Source: Granulosicoccaceae bacterium (GTDB lineage Bacteria; Pseudomonadota; Gammaproteobacteria; Granulosicoccales; Granulosicoccaceae). From it: a DNA stretch of 64,000 nt. This document shows positions 46,956 to 58,214 of this stretch, one piece after another. Location: positions 398-64,397 of the forward strand of contig JAHDCO010000017.1 of assembly GCA_020629835.1 (NCBI GenBank), given 5' to 3'. The stretch's first letter is position 1. Each line of letters begins with the position of its first letter. The notes beneath the pieces were generated by a model. It had not been told where the DNA came from, did no database searches, and saw nothing but the letters and a program-made list of their open reading frames with translations. The translations under genes and the position numbers were made by a program.

Positions 46956-47846
46956 ATGACCGAGACGGTTACGCTCTACGAAGTTGGGCCACGTGACGGC
47001 CTGCAAAACGAGTCTCAGCCCATTCCCACGGCTCAAAAAATTGAGCTGGTGAATCGATTAAACCAAACCGGGCTAGACCGCGTCGAGGTCAGTAGCTTTG
47101 TGAGCCCCAAATGGGTGCCACAACTTGCCGACGCGGCCGATGTGTTTGCTGGTATCGAGCGCCGCGATGGCATCGTCTATGCGGCACTCACGCCAAATAT
47201 TAAAGGGTTGGAACGCGCGCTGGAATCGGGTGCAAATGAAGTGGCTATTTTCGCTTCCGCATCGGAGGCCTTCAGTCAAAAAAACATCAACTGCTCTATT
47301 GCCGAAAGTTTGGCGCGATTCGAACCGATGATGGAGATTGCCGCGGCAGCCGGTGTGCCCGTGCGAGGTTACATCTCGTGTGTGACGGACTGCCCTTACA
47401 GTGGTCCGGTCGAACCCAGTGCCGTGGGTCGCCTAACCGAACAATTACTCAGCCTGGGTTGCTACGGGGTAAGCTTAGGCGACACCTTAGGATCGGCCAC
47501 ACCAGAGACAACCTCTGCGTGCATTCAGGCTGCACTGCATGTCGCGCCCGCACGCTTACTAGCCGGCCACTTTCACGACACAAACGGCCAAGCGTTGAAC
47601 AACATTGATGTGTGTCTTGATGCTGGGCTGCGGCTGTTCGATGCTTCGGTGGGTGGCTTAGGCGGGTGCCCGTATGCGCCGGGAGCAAAGGGTAACGTAG
47701 CAACAGAATCGGTTGTGCGACATCTGCACGCGCGTGGGTTTCACACCGGCATTGATGAAGCGTTGTTACAGTCCACGGCTGAATTTGCAAAATCGGTCAT
47801 TGCCAAACGGCGCGCAGATGACGCGGGCAAGCAGCTGGGTGCATGA
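46956..47846 (+). CDS. liuE: hydroxymethylglutaryl-CoA lyase
   Basis: EVGPRDGLQNE, SFVSPKWVPQ, HFHDT and GGCPYAPGAKGNVATE. Confidence 0.93.
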   Translation: MTETVTLYEVGPRDGLQNESQPIPTAQKIELVNRLNQTGLDRVEVSSFVSPKWVPQLADAADVFAGIERRDGIVYAALTPNIKGLERALESGANEVAIFASASEAFSQKNINCSIAESLARFEPMMEIAAAAGVPVRGYISCVTDCPYSGPVEPSAVGRLTEQLLSLGCYGVSLGDTLGSATPETTSACIQAALHVAPARLLAGHFHDTNGQALNNIDVCLDAGLRLFDASVGGLGGCPYAPGAKGNVATESVVRHLHARGFHTGIDEALLQSTAEFAKSVIAKRRADDAGKQLGA

Positions 47847-48691
47847 AAATGACATCGGATAATGTTAACGACCGGCCTGGCGATGCACACCCACTGAATT
47901 CAGAGATGACGTGGGAAACCCTTAAGGTGGCCAGTGATGCGCGTGGCGTGGTCACAGTCACATTGAATCGCCCCGATAAACGCAACGCTTTGTCCGCAAC
48001 AATGATCGCTGAGTTGCACCAGTTAACGCGCGTGTTAAATGATGACGCACACGCTCGCGTGGTGGTGTTGCAAGGTGAAGGCACGGTGTTCTGTGCCGGT
48101 GGGGACTTGGCGTGGATGCACGCTCAAATTCAAGCTGACCGAGCGACGCGGATTGAAGAGGCAACCAAACTTGCCTTGATGTTGAACGCCTGGAACACGT
48201 TAAAAAAACCCGTAGTCGGAGTGGTTCAAGGTGGAGCCTGGGGTGGCGGGGTCGGGCTCTGCTGCATTTGTGATGTGACCTTAGCTTTAAATGACGCATC
48301 CTTTGGATTAACCGAAACCAGGCTTGGGCTTATTCCCGCCACCATTAGCCCCTATGTCATTGCTCGTATGGGAGAAGGGCGGGCGCGTCAGGTGTTCATG
48401 TCGGCCCGGTTGTTTTCAGCAGCGGAAGCCATGGAGCTAGGGGTGGTTTCACGGTGTGTTTCAGCTGAAGATGCCACAGCCGCGGTTGAAGCAGAAGTCA
48501 CGCCTTACCTGAAGGTGGCCCCGGGCGCGGTAGCGGCCAGTAAAGCGCTGGCTCGATCGTTGGGGCCTGTCATCAATCGGCAAACCATCGATGCCTCGAT
48601 CACTGCCTTGGCGGATGTGTGGGAAACCGATGAGGCGCAGGCTGGTATATCGGCATTTCTGAACAAGACAGCCGCGCCATGGGCGTCGTAG
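47843..48691 (+). CDS. liuC: methylglutaconyl-CoA hydratase (crotonase family)
   Basis: LNRPDKRNA, FCAGGDL, GGGVGL and ETRLGLIPATISPYV. Confidence 0.88.
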   Translation: MKMTSDNVNDRPGDAHPLNSEMTWETLKVASDARGVVTVTLNRPDKRNALSATMIAELHQLTRVLNDDAHARVVVLQGEGTVFCAGGDLAWMHAQIQADRATRIEEATKLALMLNAWNTLKKPVVGVVQGGAWGGGVGLCCICDVTLALNDASFGLTETRLGLIPATISPYVIARMGEGRARQVFMSARLFSAAEAMELGVVSRCVSAEDATAAVEAEVTPYLKVAPGAVAASKALARSLGPVINRQTIDASITALADVWETDEAQAGISAFLNKTAAPWAS

Positions 48692-48828
48692 CGCGCACCA
48701 GGCAAGGCTTGTGATGCGGTGAATGAGCCGTGTACCATGAAACGATTATTGATTTGCCAAGGCCACGTGACTGATCAGCCAGAAAAGTACGCGGCCTACC
48801 GGTTCGAACCAGATAACAAGGGGACTGC

Positions 48829-49992
48829 ATGTTCGATCAATCGCTTAATTTTGCGTTGGGCGAGGAAATAACCGCGCTTCAGGATACGGTGCGCCGATTT
48901 GCTCAAGATGAGATTGCCCCGCGTGCCGCAGACATTGATCAAAGCAATGAATTCCCGATGGATCTTTGGGAGAAGATGGGTGCCCTTGGTCTACACGGTA
49001 TAACGGTGCCTGAGGACTTCGGTGGCGCCGGTATGGGATACCTTGCCCATTGCATCGCTATTGAAGAAATTAGTCGGGCCAGTGCGGCGGTGGGTTTAAG
49101 TTACGGCGCACATTCCAATCTATGCGTTAACCAAATCAATCGCTGGGGAACCGACGCGCAAAAGCGCCACTACTTGCCTCAGTTAATCGATGGCTCTCAC
49201 GTAGGTTCATTAGCGATGTCAGAACCGGGTTCGGGTTCTGATGTGGTATCGATGCAATTAAGCGCTGAAAAGCATAACGATCGATATGTGTTGAACGGCA
49301 ACAAAATGTGGATTACCAACGGACCTGACGCCAACACCTTAGTGGTATACGCCAAGACATCACCAGACGCTGGTTCAAAAGGCATTACCGCTTTTCTGAT
49401 TGAAAAAGACATGACCGGCTTTTCTACCGCCCAAAAGCTGGATAAGTTAGGTATGCGCGGTTCGAACACATGCGAATTAGTGTTTGAGGATGTGGACGTA
49501 CCCTTGGATAACGTGCTGGGGGAAGAAGGCGAAGGCGTTAAGGTGCTGATGTCGGGTTTAGATTATGAGCGCGTGGTGTTGGCCGCCGGTCCGCTTGGAA
49601 TTATGGCCGCCGCCATGGATGTGGTTGTGCCGTATGTACACGAGCGCAAGCAGTTCGGCCAGGCCATTGGCTCGTTTCAATTAATGCAAGGCAAGTTGGC
49701 GGACATGTACACCACCATGAACGCTTGCAGAGCCTACGTGTATGCCGTCGCGGCGGCGTGTGATCGCGGCGAGGCTACGCGCAAGGATTCGGCTGGGTGC
49801 ATTTTGTATGCGGCTGAAAAAGCCACTCAGGTGGCGTTGGAAGCCATTCAGGCATTGGGTGGTAATGGCTATATCAACGATTACCCCACAGGGCGTTTGT
49901 TAAGGGATGCGAAGTTGTATGAAATTGGCGCGGGCACCAGTGAAATTCGGCGCATGTTGATTGGTCGCGAGTTGTTTAACGAAACCGCGTAA
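48829..49992 (+). CDS. liuA: isovaleryl-CoA dehydrogenase
   Basis: [30 protein letters not shown] and [12 protein letters not shown]. Confidence 0.95.
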   Translation: MFDQSLNFALGEEITALQDTVRRFAQDEIAPRAADIDQSNEFPMDLWEKMGALGLHGITVPEDFGGAGMGYLAHCIAIEEISRASAAVGLSYGAHSNLCVNQINRWGTDAQKRHYLPQLIDGSHVGSLAMSEPGSGSDVVSMQLSAEKHNDRYVLNGNKMWITNGPDANTLVVYAKTSPDAGSKGITAFLIEKDMTGFSTAQKLDKLGMRGSNTCELVFEDVDVPLDNVLGEEGEGVKVLMSGLDYERVVLAAGPLGIMAAAMDVVVPYVHERKQFGQAIGSFQLMQGKLADMYTTMNACRAYVYAVAAACDRGEATRKDSAGCILYAAEKATQVALEAIQALGGNGYINDYPTGRLLRDAKLYEIGAGTSEIRRMLIGRELFNETA

Positions 49993-49994
49993 TC

Positions 49995-51593
49995 ATGGCC
50001 ACTTTACAACCCACGGCTGTGCCGTCCCAAGACAACGCCACGCACATGCATCAGCTGTTAGCTGCCGTGCAAACTTCGGCAGAAGAGATTTTACAAGGCG
50101 GTTCAACGCGAGCAAGAGAACGTCACACCCAACGTGGCAAGTGGCTGCCGCGTGACCGTGTTGATGGGCTACTGGATGCCGGTTCGGCGTTTTTGGAAAT
50201 TGGCTTATTCGCAGCTAAGGATTGTTACGACGTGCCCGTACCGGCAGCAGGCGTTATAGCGGGTATAGGGCAAGTGCATGGTCGGCAGTGCATGGTGGTA
50301 TGCAACGATGCAACCGTATCCGGTGGTTCGTACTTTCCACTCACGGTGGCAAAGCATTTACGTGCGCAAGAGATTGCGGAAGAGAACCACTTACCGTGTG
50401 TTTACCTGGTGGACAGTGGCGGTGCCAATTTACCGCAGCAAGATGAAGTGTTTCCAGGACGTGATCATTTCGGACGAATTTTTTATAACCAGGCGCGCAT
50501 GAGTGCCAAAGGCATTCCACAAATTGCGGTCGTTATGGGCTCCTGCACGGCAGGTGGCGCTTATGTGCCTGCCATGAGTGATCAAACCATTATTGTTAAA
50601 GACCAGGGCACCATATTTTTAGCCGGGCCACCGTTGGTAAAGGAAGCCACCGGGGAGGTGGTTGATGCACAAACACTCGGCGGTGGTGATACCCACACGC
50701 GTTTGTCCGGTGTTGCTGATTACCTGGCCGACAACGATGAGCACGCACTTGAATTAGCGCGTCAGGTTATACGTCATCTACCGAAACCTAACTCGTACTT
50801 GCCTTGCGCTACGGATACGTATCAAGCGCCACTGTATGACGCCGAAGACATCATGGGTTTGATACCAGCGGATGCAAAAACACCGTACGACGTACGTGAG
50901 GTCATCGCTCGAATTGTAGATGGCTCTGAGTTTGAGGAATTTAAAGCGCGCTTTGGTACCACACTTGTCTGTGGTTTTGCGTCGGTGCAAGGCAGGACAG
51001 TGGGCATATTGGGTAACAATGGTGTGCTGTTTTCGGAAAGCTCAGTTAAAGGTGCACACTTTATTGAGTTGTGTTGCCAAAGAAACATTCCGTTGGTGTT
51101 CTTGCAAAACATCACAGGTTTTATGGTGGGGTCCAAATACGAAGCACAAGGTATTGCCAAAGACGGCGCTAAACTCGTGAATGCCGTGTCTACGGCGGCC
51201 GTGCCAAAGCTTACGTTTATTATCGGTGGCTCGTACGGTGCGGGTAACTACGGCATGTGTGGTCGTGCGTTTGGCCCACGCTTTGTTTGGATGTGGCCTA
51301 ACGCAAAAATCTCGGTCATGGGTGGTGCTCAGGCCGCCGGTGTTATGGCAACGGTTAAACGCCAGGCCATGGAGCGTCGTGGTGAGTCGTGGAGTGAAGA
51401 AGATGAAGCGGCGTTCAAGCAACCGATTCTTGATCAGTTTGAAACGCAGTCGCATCCGTTTTATGCCTCAGCCCGTTTATGGGATGACGGCATCATCGAC
51501 CCAAGAAAAACCCGCGACGTAATCGCCCTGTCGTTGGATGCCTGCGACCAGGCCCCGATTGAACCAACACGCTTCGGCTTATTCAGGATGTAG
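49995..51593 (+). CDS. liuB: 3-methylcrotonyl-CoA carboxylase beta subunit
   Basis: [36 protein letters not shown] and FGLFRM. Confidence 0.93.
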   Translation: MATLQPTAVPSQDNATHMHQLLAAVQTSAEEILQGGSTRARERHTQRGKWLPRDRVDGLLDAGSAFLEIGLFAAKDCYDVPVPAAGVIAGIGQVHGRQCMVVCNDATVSGGSYFPLTVAKHLRAQEIAEENHLPCVYLVDSGGANLPQQDEVFPGRDHFGRIFYNQARMSAKGIPQIAVVMGSCTAGGAYVPAMSDQTIIVKDQGTIFLAGPPLVKEATGEVVDAQTLGGGDTHTRLSGVADYLADNDEHALELARQVIRHLPKPNSYLPCATDTYQAPLYDAEDIMGLIPADAKTPYDVREVIARIVDGSEFEEFKARFGTTLVCGFASVQGRTVGILGNNGVLFSESSVKGAHFIELCCQRNIPLVFLQNITGFMVGSKYEAQGIAKDGAKLVNAVSTAAVPKLTFIIGGSYGAGNYGMCGRAFGPRFVWMWPNAKISVMGGAQAAGVMATVKRQAMERRGESWSEEDEAAFKQPILDQFETQSHPFYASARLWDDGIIDPRKTRDVIALSLDACDQAPIEPTRFGLFRM

Positions 51594-51596
51594 CCG

Positions 51597-53600
51597 ATGA
51601 TCAAACGATTATTCATTGCCAACCGCGGCGAGATCGCCTGTCGCATTATTCGCACCGCACATCGGCTGGGTGTTGAAACGATTGTGGGGTATTCAAGCGC
51701 GGATGAGCACGCGTTAGCCACGCAGTTAGCCACCCATTCGGTGTGGTTAGGAGATGCCGCCGCACACGATAGTTATTTAGCCGCCGACAAAGTATTGCAA
51801 GCGGCAATCGATAACCAGGCTGATGCTATTCATCCGGGGTACGGTTTTTTATCGGAAAACCCCGAGTTCGTCGAAGCGGTTGAGGCAGCAGGCATACGCT
51901 TTGTTGGGCCGCCGGCTGCGGCTGTGCGTGCGATGGGCTTAAAAGACGCAGCGAAACAACGTATGCAGGAAGCTGGCGTTCCGGTGGTGCCGGGTTACCA
52001 GGGTGAAGACCAAACGCCCAGCGTATTGCATAAACACGCCGACGCCATGGGTTATCCGTTGTTGATCAAAGCGCGTTCTGGTGGAGGCGGTAAAGGCCTT
52101 CGCCGTGTAAACAGCAGTACTGACTTTTTAGAACAATTAACCAGCGCTGTGAGAGAAGCTGAAGCCGCCTTTGCTGATCCTGTGGTGTTACTCGAAAAGT
52201 TCATCAGTTCACCACGGCACATTGAAGTACAAGTCTTTGGCGACCAACACGGTGAGGTGGTGCATCTATTTGAACGCGATTGCACCTTGCAACGTCGGCA
52301 TCAAAAAGTGATTGAAGAGGCCCCCGCACCGGATATGCCACCGTCGGTACGTCAGGCGATGACGGCAGCGGCGGTGCAAGCCGCAAAGGCCATAAGTTAC
52401 ACAAACGCCGGTACCGTGGAATTTATTGTTGATGGCAGTGGGCCTTTAACCGAAGACGGTTTCTGGTTTATGGAAATGAACACGCGGTTGCAGGTAGAGC
52501 ACCCGGTTACCGAAGCCATAACGGGCCTCGATTTGGTGGAGTGGCAGCTACGCGTTGCGTCGGGTGAGCCGCTACCGCTGACACAAGACGACATACACAT
52601 GCACGGACACGCGGTGGAAGCCCGGGTGTATGCAGAAAGCCCCGCGAATGATTTTTTACCCGCAGCCGGTCAGTTGCAGTCAGTGCAATTTAGTCAAAAC
52701 GCCCGAGTGGATACGGGGGTACAAACCGGGGATTCCATCACGCCGTTTTATGATCCGATGATCGCAAAAGTGATAACCCACGGTTCCACACGCAGTGAAG
52801 CGTTCACGTCGATGTATAACGCTTTAGCGCAAACGCATATCGCGGGTACACCGACCAACGTGAGTTTTCTATCGAACCTTGTGCAACATGAAACCGTGCT
52901 CAACGCTTCGATGGACACCGAATTTATCGGCCGCGAAGTTAACGCGTTAATAACGCCGGTGGACGCTGATGCCATCGATCAATTATTGGCGGCTTACCTG
53001 GTATTGCACAATGCCCGGCATACGAAAACGGGTTTCAGATTGTGGGGCGCAGCAACCCACGCCGTGACATTGTTGATTGATTCCAATCAGTGCACCTATT
53101 GGCTAACACACCATCGCGATGAGTCGATTTCTTTGAGCCCGGATCGTGCGAGCGCGTCATACGACGTTACGCTCACCATAACGCAGGTACAAGACGGTCA
53201 AATCCTATATACACATGACGGCGTGCGGAGCCAGGCGTTGTACGCGGTATGGCGTACACCTCGAACGGCGCAAACACAGGTGTCGATTAAAAGAACACAG
53301 GACAATGTGGTCTTCACGCATGTGGTAGCCGGTAGTCAAACCAATCAGTCCGCTACGAACTCAGATACGGTTGCAGCACCGATGACCGGCGTCGTCCGGC
53401 AGGTTTTGGTAAGCGCAGGTGATACGGTGCAGGCAGGGGATACCTTATTGGTTATGGAAGCCATGAAAATGGAAACGAGCTTAGCGTCTCCCCGAGATGC
53501 TACCGTGCAGCGGTTGCATTGTGCTGAAGGCGATGCTGTACAGGACGGTGATGTGTTGGTTCAGTTTGATGCGCTGGACAATGCGCAAGACGATTCATGA
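51597..53600 (+). CDS. liuD: 3-methylcrotonyl-CoA carboxylase alpha subunit
   Basis: [30 protein letters not shown] and biotin site EAMKM. Confidence 0.92.
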   Translation: MIKRLFIANRGEIACRIIRTAHRLGVETIVGYSSADEHALATQLATHSVWLGDAAAHDSYLAADKVLQAAIDNQADAIHPGYGFLSENPEFVEAVEAAGIRFVGPPAAAVRAMGLKDAAKQRMQEAGVPVVPGYQGEDQTPSVLHKHADAMGYPLLIKARSGGGGKGLRRVNSSTDFLEQLTSAVREAEAAFADPVVLLEKFISSPRHIEVQVFGDQHGEVVHLFERDCTLQRRHQKVIEEAPAPDMPPSVRQAMTAAAVQAAKAISYTNAGTVEFIVDGSGPLTEDGFWFMEMNTRLQVEHPVTEAITGLDLVEWQLRVASGEPLPLTQDDIHMHGHAVEARVYAESPANDFLPAAGQLQSVQFSQNARVDTGVQTGDSITPFYDPMIAKVITHGSTRSEAFTSMYNALAQTHIAGTPTNVSFLSNLVQHETVLNASMDTEFIGREVNALITPVDADAIDQLLAAYLVLHNARHTKTGFRLWGAATHAVTLLIDSNQCTYWLTHHRDESISLSPDRASASYDVTLTITQVQDGQILYTHDGVRSQALYAVWRTPRTAQTQVSIKRTQDNVVFTHVVAGSQTNQSATNSDTVAAPMTGVVRQVLVSAGDTVQAGDTLLVMEAMKMETSLASPRDATVQRLHCAEGDAVQDGDVLVQFDALDNAQDDS

Positions 53601-54262
53601 GCAGCACTGAGTTAACGCCGCATAGTGTGTTGGCAGATTATCTGGTTTCGCAAAACACCAACAGCGGCCGACAACTGGTCGGTATCGCAGGCCCACCTGC
53701 CGGTGGAAAAAGCACCTTAGCCGAGGATTTGGAAAAAGAACTCAACGCGCGTCGTGTTGCCTGCTGTGTGGTTCCAATGGACGGGTTTCACCTGGATAAC
53801 CGTGTGCTGGAAAGCCACGGCACGCTCAGTCGAAAGGGTGCCCCTCACACGTTCGACGCAGCGGGATTTGTTGAATGTGTAAGGCGCATAAAACGAGCGG
53901 CAGAAACGGCGTACGTGCCGGTATTTGATCGGGGCATGGACATTGCCATTGCCGGCGCACAGGCGGTTAATCCTTCCGACAGCATCATCATTGTAGAGGG
54001 CAACTATCTACTGCTGGATGCTGAGCCCTGGAATGCCTTGGCCGATTTATTCGATATTCGGTTGTTTATCAATCCCGGGTTAGACGTGGTGGAGCAGCGC
54101 ATCCTGCAGCGCTGGCGAGACGCTGAGAAGCCCGAAGACGAGGTTCAGGCCAAAACCTATGGCAACGATTTACCCAACGCAAAAATCGTGATTGAAAGCT
54201 CAGATTTAACCCACGCCGTGCAGTTTGATCCGACAAGAGATTTATCGCTAAATTTGCGATAG
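53597..54262 (+). CDS. P-loop kinase (YggC/uridine-pantothenate kinase-like)
   Basis: GIAGPPAGGKST, PMDGFHL, RKGAPHTFD and VEGNYLL. Confidence 0.85.
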   Translation: MSSTELTPHSVLADYLVSQNTNSGRQLVGIAGPPAGGKSTLAEDLEKELNARRVACCVVPMDGFHLDNRVLESHGTLSRKGAPHTFDAAGFVECVRRIKRAAETAYVPVFDRGMDIAIAGAQAVNPSDSIIIVEGNYLLLDAEPWNALADLFDIRLFINPGLDVVEQRILQRWRDAEKPEDEVQAKTYGNDLPNAKIVIESSDLTHAVQFDPTRDLSLNLR

Positions 54263-54269
54263 TACTCAT

Positions 54270-55331
54270 ATGGTATTGAATGATAAAACGTCGCGCCCCG
54301 AGCAGCGACTGGCGATTGTGGGTGCAGGTTTGGTCGGGCAGCGACATGCACAGGTTATCCAGCAATTATCCGATGCGGTCTTGGTCGGTATTGTCGATAC
54401 CGCGCAAGCCGGATTGGATTTTGCGCAATCGATGTCCGTGCCGACGTTTACTACGCTTGAAGAGCTGTTGGACGTAGCCAAGCCGGACGGTGTGATTATC
54501 TGCACACCCACCAACTTGCATGTACAGCAGGCACTGACTTGTGTTGCCGCCAGGACACCTGCGCTAATTGAAAAGCCGATCGGTGTTACCGCTGAAGAAA
54601 GTCTGCAGTTAGTCAACGCAGCAAAGACAGCAGGCGTGCCGCTTTGTGTTGGCCATCATCGTCGGCATAACCCGTTAATTCATGCGGCCAAGGCGTGCAT
54701 AGATCGCGGTGAGTTAGGTCGATTACGTGCCGTTCACGCGCAGTGTTGGTTTTACAAGCCAGATGACTATTTCGAGGTAGCGCCTTGGCGTACACAACCA
54801 GGGGCAGGCCCCATATCGGTGAACCTTGTGCACGATGTGGACTTGATACGATACCTGTGCGGGGACGTTGTGCGTGTACAAGCCCAGCGAGCGCCAAGTG
54901 TTCGCGGGTTCGATAATGAAGACTTAGCCTGCGCGTTACTGACGCTGGCCAATGGTGCCTTGGCCACCATCACCGTATCGGATTCGGTCGTGTCCCCGTG
55001 GAGCTGGGAACTGACATCAAAAGAATATCCGGTGTACCCGCAAACCACCGAAAGTTGCTATCGCATTGGCGGTAGCGAGGGCGCGCTATCCATCCCGGAT
55101 CTCACCGTATGGAAGCACACAGAACGCCCTGACTGGTGGTCACCCATAGAGTCGCACAGCTTGTCTTTTGATCCGGTAGACCCGCTCGTGTCGCAAATGC
55201 AACACTTTTGTCGCGTGTTGTTAGGTATTGATACGCCATTGGTTAGCGCGAGCGAAGGGTATCGCTCGTTACGCGTTATCGAGGCCATTCAAACCGCCAG
55301 TTTGACTGGGGAAACGGTCGATTTAAATTAG
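54270..55331 (+). CDS. Gfo/Idh/MocA family oxidoreductase
   Basis: GAGLVG, CTPTNLH, LIEKP, GHHRRHNP and NLVHDVD. Confidence 0.9.
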   Translation: MVLNDKTSRPEQRLAIVGAGLVGQRHAQVIQQLSDAVLVGIVDTAQAGLDFAQSMSVPTFTTLEELLDVAKPDGVIICTPTNLHVQQALTCVAARTPALIEKPIGVTAEESLQLVNAAKTAGVPLCVGHHRRHNPLIHAAKACIDRGELGRLRAVHAQCWFYKPDDYFEVAPWRTQPGAGPISVNLVHDVDLIRYLCGDVVRVQAQRAPSVRGFDNEDLACALLTLANGALATITVSDSVVSPWSWELTSKEYPVYPQTTESCYRIGGSEGALSIPDLTVWKHTERPDWWSPIESHSLSFDPVDPLVSQMQHFCRVLLGIDTPLVSASEGYRSLRVIEAIQTASLTGETVDLN

Positions 55332-55415
55332 ACGTCCGCGCTTATTTTTTCGTGCGTTACGCAAAGAGTTTAGATAAGCTCCGCTCATCGAACAGCAAAA
55401 AACAGTGAGCGAAAG

Positions 55416-56957
55416 ATGAGCTCAGTTCCACGGCGACGACGGAGTCGGCGGCAACCCTTAGAGGCCGCCACCGATGCAATACAAGATGCCTTTGGCCCGC
55501 GCACCCGAGCACATGCCACGGTACCTTTGCTGGATGAAGAGTCGATAGAAAAGATTCACCAGGCCGCGTTGCAACTACTGGCAAACACGGGCATACGCGT
55601 GTTGCATGACCAAGCGCGAAGCATCATGGCTGAACACGGTGCAGCGGTGGACGAATCCACACAAATTGTTCGATTCGACCCAGCGCTCATCGAGTCATGT
55701 ATCAAAACTATCCCTTCTGAATTTACGCTGCATGCACGCAATGATGCGCATTCGGTGGTACTCGGTAACGGCACCATGGTAAATGCCGTGGTGGCATCAG
55801 CGCCAAACTGTTCAGACACGGACCGTGGCAGGCGAGCGGGTAATCATGAGGATTTCAAAAACTTTTTACGCCTGGGTCAGTACCACAACATCATGCATGT
55901 GTTTGGTGCCTATCCTGTTGAGCCGGTAGACATTCACGCCTCTGTTAGGCATCTGGACTGCGTGTACGATTTTCTCACGCTATCGGATAAGGCGTACAGC
56001 ATTTACGCGTTGGGTGAAACCCGCGTAATGGACGCGCTGGAAATGACACGCATTGGGCATGGTTTATCGTGGGATGAATTTAAAAGCCGCGCCTGTGTAT
56101 TCACAGTCATTAATACCAACTCGCCGCTGCAATTAGATATACCGATGATGCAGGGCGTTTACGACATGGCACGCCATGGTCAACCGGTGGTGGTTACCCC
56201 CTTTACGTTAGCAGGCGCTATGGCACCGGTAACTATCGCAGGTGCGATTACCCTGCAGAATGCTGAAGCCCTGGCTGCGTTGGCGTTTTCTCAAATGGTT
56301 AACCCAGGTGCACCGGCGGTGTACGGTGGGTTTACATCAAACGTGGATATGAAGTCAGGGTCACCGGCATTCGGTACCCCTGAGTACATCAAAGCTCAAT
56401 TGATCAGTGGGCAGTTGGCTCGCCGCTACGGTATTCCTTTTAGAACCTCTAACGTATGTGCAGCCAATACGGTAGACGCGCAAGCTGCCTATGAATCCAC
56501 GATTGCGCTTTGGGGAGCCGTGAACAGCGGTGGCCACTTATTAATGCACGGAGCAGGTTGGTTAGAAGGTGGCTTGTGTGCGTCCTATGAAAAATTCATT
56601 CTGGACGTCGATCTATTGCAGATGATTGCCGAGATGAACAAGCCGGTATCGGTCAGTGATGAGGATTTAGCGCTGGAGGCGATCGCCGAGGTGGGTCCCG
56701 GTGGCCACTATTTTGGCGTTGAACACACCCAACAACGGTATCGCTCGGCGTTTTATGCCCCGGTACTCAGCGACTGGCGCAACTTTGAAAGCTGGCAAGA
56801 GGCCGGTTCACCAACAGCCATCGATAAGGCCAACAGTGAGTGGAAGAAACGACTTGAGCAGTACCAGGAACCGCCTCTGGATGACGCGGTTCGGGCCGAG
56901 TTGGACGACTTTGTCGCACGCCGAAAATCTGAAGGCGGGGTGGCTACGGATTTCTAG
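55416..56957 (+). CDS. mttB: MttB-superfamily (non-pyrrolysine) methyltransferase, glycine-betaine type candidate
   Basis: NSPLQLD, TPFTLAGAMAPVT, VDMKSGSPAFGTPE, HGAGWLEGGL and GPGGHYFG; no in-frame amber codon. Confidence 0.88.
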   Translation: MSSVPRRRRSRRQPLEAATDAIQDAFGPRTRAHATVPLLDEESIEKIHQAALQLLANTGIRVLHDQARSIMAEHGAAVDESTQIVRFDPALIESCIKTIPSEFTLHARNDAHSVVLGNGTMVNAVVASAPNCSDTDRGRRAGNHEDFKNFLRLGQYHNIMHVFGAYPVEPVDIHASVRHLDCVYDFLTLSDKAYSIYALGETRVMDALEMTRIGHGLSWDEFKSRACVFTVINTNSPLQLDIPMMQGVYDMARHGQPVVVTPFTLAGAMAPVTIAGAITLQNAEALAALAFSQMVNPGAPAVYGGFTSNVDMKSGSPAFGTPEYIKAQLISGQLARRYGIPFRTSNVCAANTVDAQAAYESTIALWGAVNSGGHLLMHGAGWLEGGLCASYEKFILDVDLLQMIAEMNKPVSVSDEDLALEAIAEVGPGGHYFGVEHTQQRYRSAFYAPVLSDWRNFESWQEAGSPTAIDKANSEWKKRLEQYQEPPLDDAVRAELDDFVARRKSEGGVATDF

Positions 56958-57033
56958 CCGGTAGGCCGATTGCCTGAACCGATATTGAAGGGAAAGTCCT
57001 AGACACCGGTGCAGTTTTTGCTACTATGCAACC

Positions 57034-57468
57034 ATGCTAAGGCATATATCAACACACAGTAAAAGCATCAGCAGCCTGCTTGGTCGGGTTTTGCTTTGCC
57101 TGTGCGTTTTGAGTGCCTCTTTTGCCAATCCCGTCCTCGCCGCCAGTGAAATCATGGGCGTTCATGGCTTGTATGGTGAAATTTCGGCATCCCATCACCC
57201 TCATAAGATCGGTACGGAGTCTACCCAGGCGGTCATTCACAAGACTTCCAAAAACACAGGTCATTGTGAAGGCGCTGACTGTGGGTTTACCGACCCGTGT
57301 GCTGAGGCTTGTTCCGTTCAGATGACGTGTTGCAGTGCAACAGCTGGGATACACATCAGTGCTACTGATGTACACACACGCCCCCGCCAGACCAGTCTGG
57401 CCCAGCCTGATCTGGTTTTATCAGCAGCTTCTATCAGGCTGAAACCCGACTTAAGACCCCCCATTTAG
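57034..57468 (+). CDS. Cys/His-rich small protein ending in RPPI (DUF2946/CopL-like leader candidate)
   Basis: Hydrophobic N-terminal segment, HHPH, CEGADC, CAEAC, CC and terminal LRPPI; first gene of the metal island. Confidence 0.6.
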   Translation: MLRHISTHSKSISSLLGRVLLCLCVLSASFANPVLAASEIMGVHGLYGEISASHHPHKIGTESTQAVIHKTSKNTGHCEGADCGFTDPCAEACSVQMTCCSATAGIHISATDVHTRPRQTSLAQPDLVLSAASIRLKPDLRPPI

Positions 57469-57732
57469 CCAGCAAGTTATCTTCATTTTTTTAGGTAGAT
57501 AATCCTCCGCTTGGCTTATTTAAAAGGCAACTGAGCGCGCTCACTTTTCAAAGTGAGTGACTGGCTGTTCCCTTTTTTAATAAACAAACAACGTAATCGA
57601 ACTATGTCAAAGCAACTCTTGGCATCTCTTGCCCGTTGTTGGAAATCAGTTGTGTCTACCTTCAAGCCTCGCTGAGCTTTAGCTCTGGATGCGAGACGTA
57701 CCCAAAACTGAATAGAGACAGTGGTATACGTT

Positions 57733-58197
57733 ATGAAGTGTTATTTGAAATTGTTGATGATCGCAGCTCTTTGTATAAGTGCTGTGGCCTCTGCACATTC
57801 AGACGCGACGGGTGTGATTAAAGAACGCATGGATGGCATGAATGCCATGGCCGTACACTCGAAAACTGTAGCGGATATGTTCAAAGGAAAACAAGCGTTT
57901 GATGTAATCGCTGTTCGTGATGCGGCAGATGCTTTTGTCTATCACGGTCAGTCGATGGTTGGGCAGTTTCCGGACACAGAATTCAGTCGTACTGCTAAAC
58001 CAACTCAAGCCCTTCCGGCTATATGGGATGATGCCGAAGCATTTGAGCAGGCGGTTCAGCAATTTATTCAGCAAAGTAAAAAATTGCTGATAGCGGCTGA
58101 TCTCACATCGGATCAAACCGCTTTGAAGAAACCTTTTTTTGTAGCTACCAAGAATTGCTCTGGTTGCCACAAACGGTTTAGACAACCGAAGCGTTAA
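57733..58197 (+). CDS. class II cytochrome c (c'/c556 type)
   Basis: Signal peptide, ALPAIW and C-terminal CSGCHKRFR. Confidence 0.9.
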   Translation: MKCYLKLLMIAALCISAVASAHSDATGVIKERMDGMNAMAVHSKTVADMFKGKQAFDVIAVRDAADAFVYHGQSMVGQFPDTEFSRTAKPTQALPAIWDDAEAFEQAVQQFIQQSKKLLIAADLTSDQTALKKPFFVATKNCSGCHKRFRQPKR

Positions 58198-58214
58198 AGC
58201 AAAGGTTTTTCGCG

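Noticed and set aside
55416-56957. Pyrrolysine-type trimethylamine methyltransferase
   Set aside because: The ORF is continuous without an in-frame TAG, and no pyl genes are present.
57604-57675. 23-codon ORF MSKQLLASLARCWKSVVSTFKPR in the island leader
   Set aside because: Too short, with no clear ribosome-binding site or homology clue.
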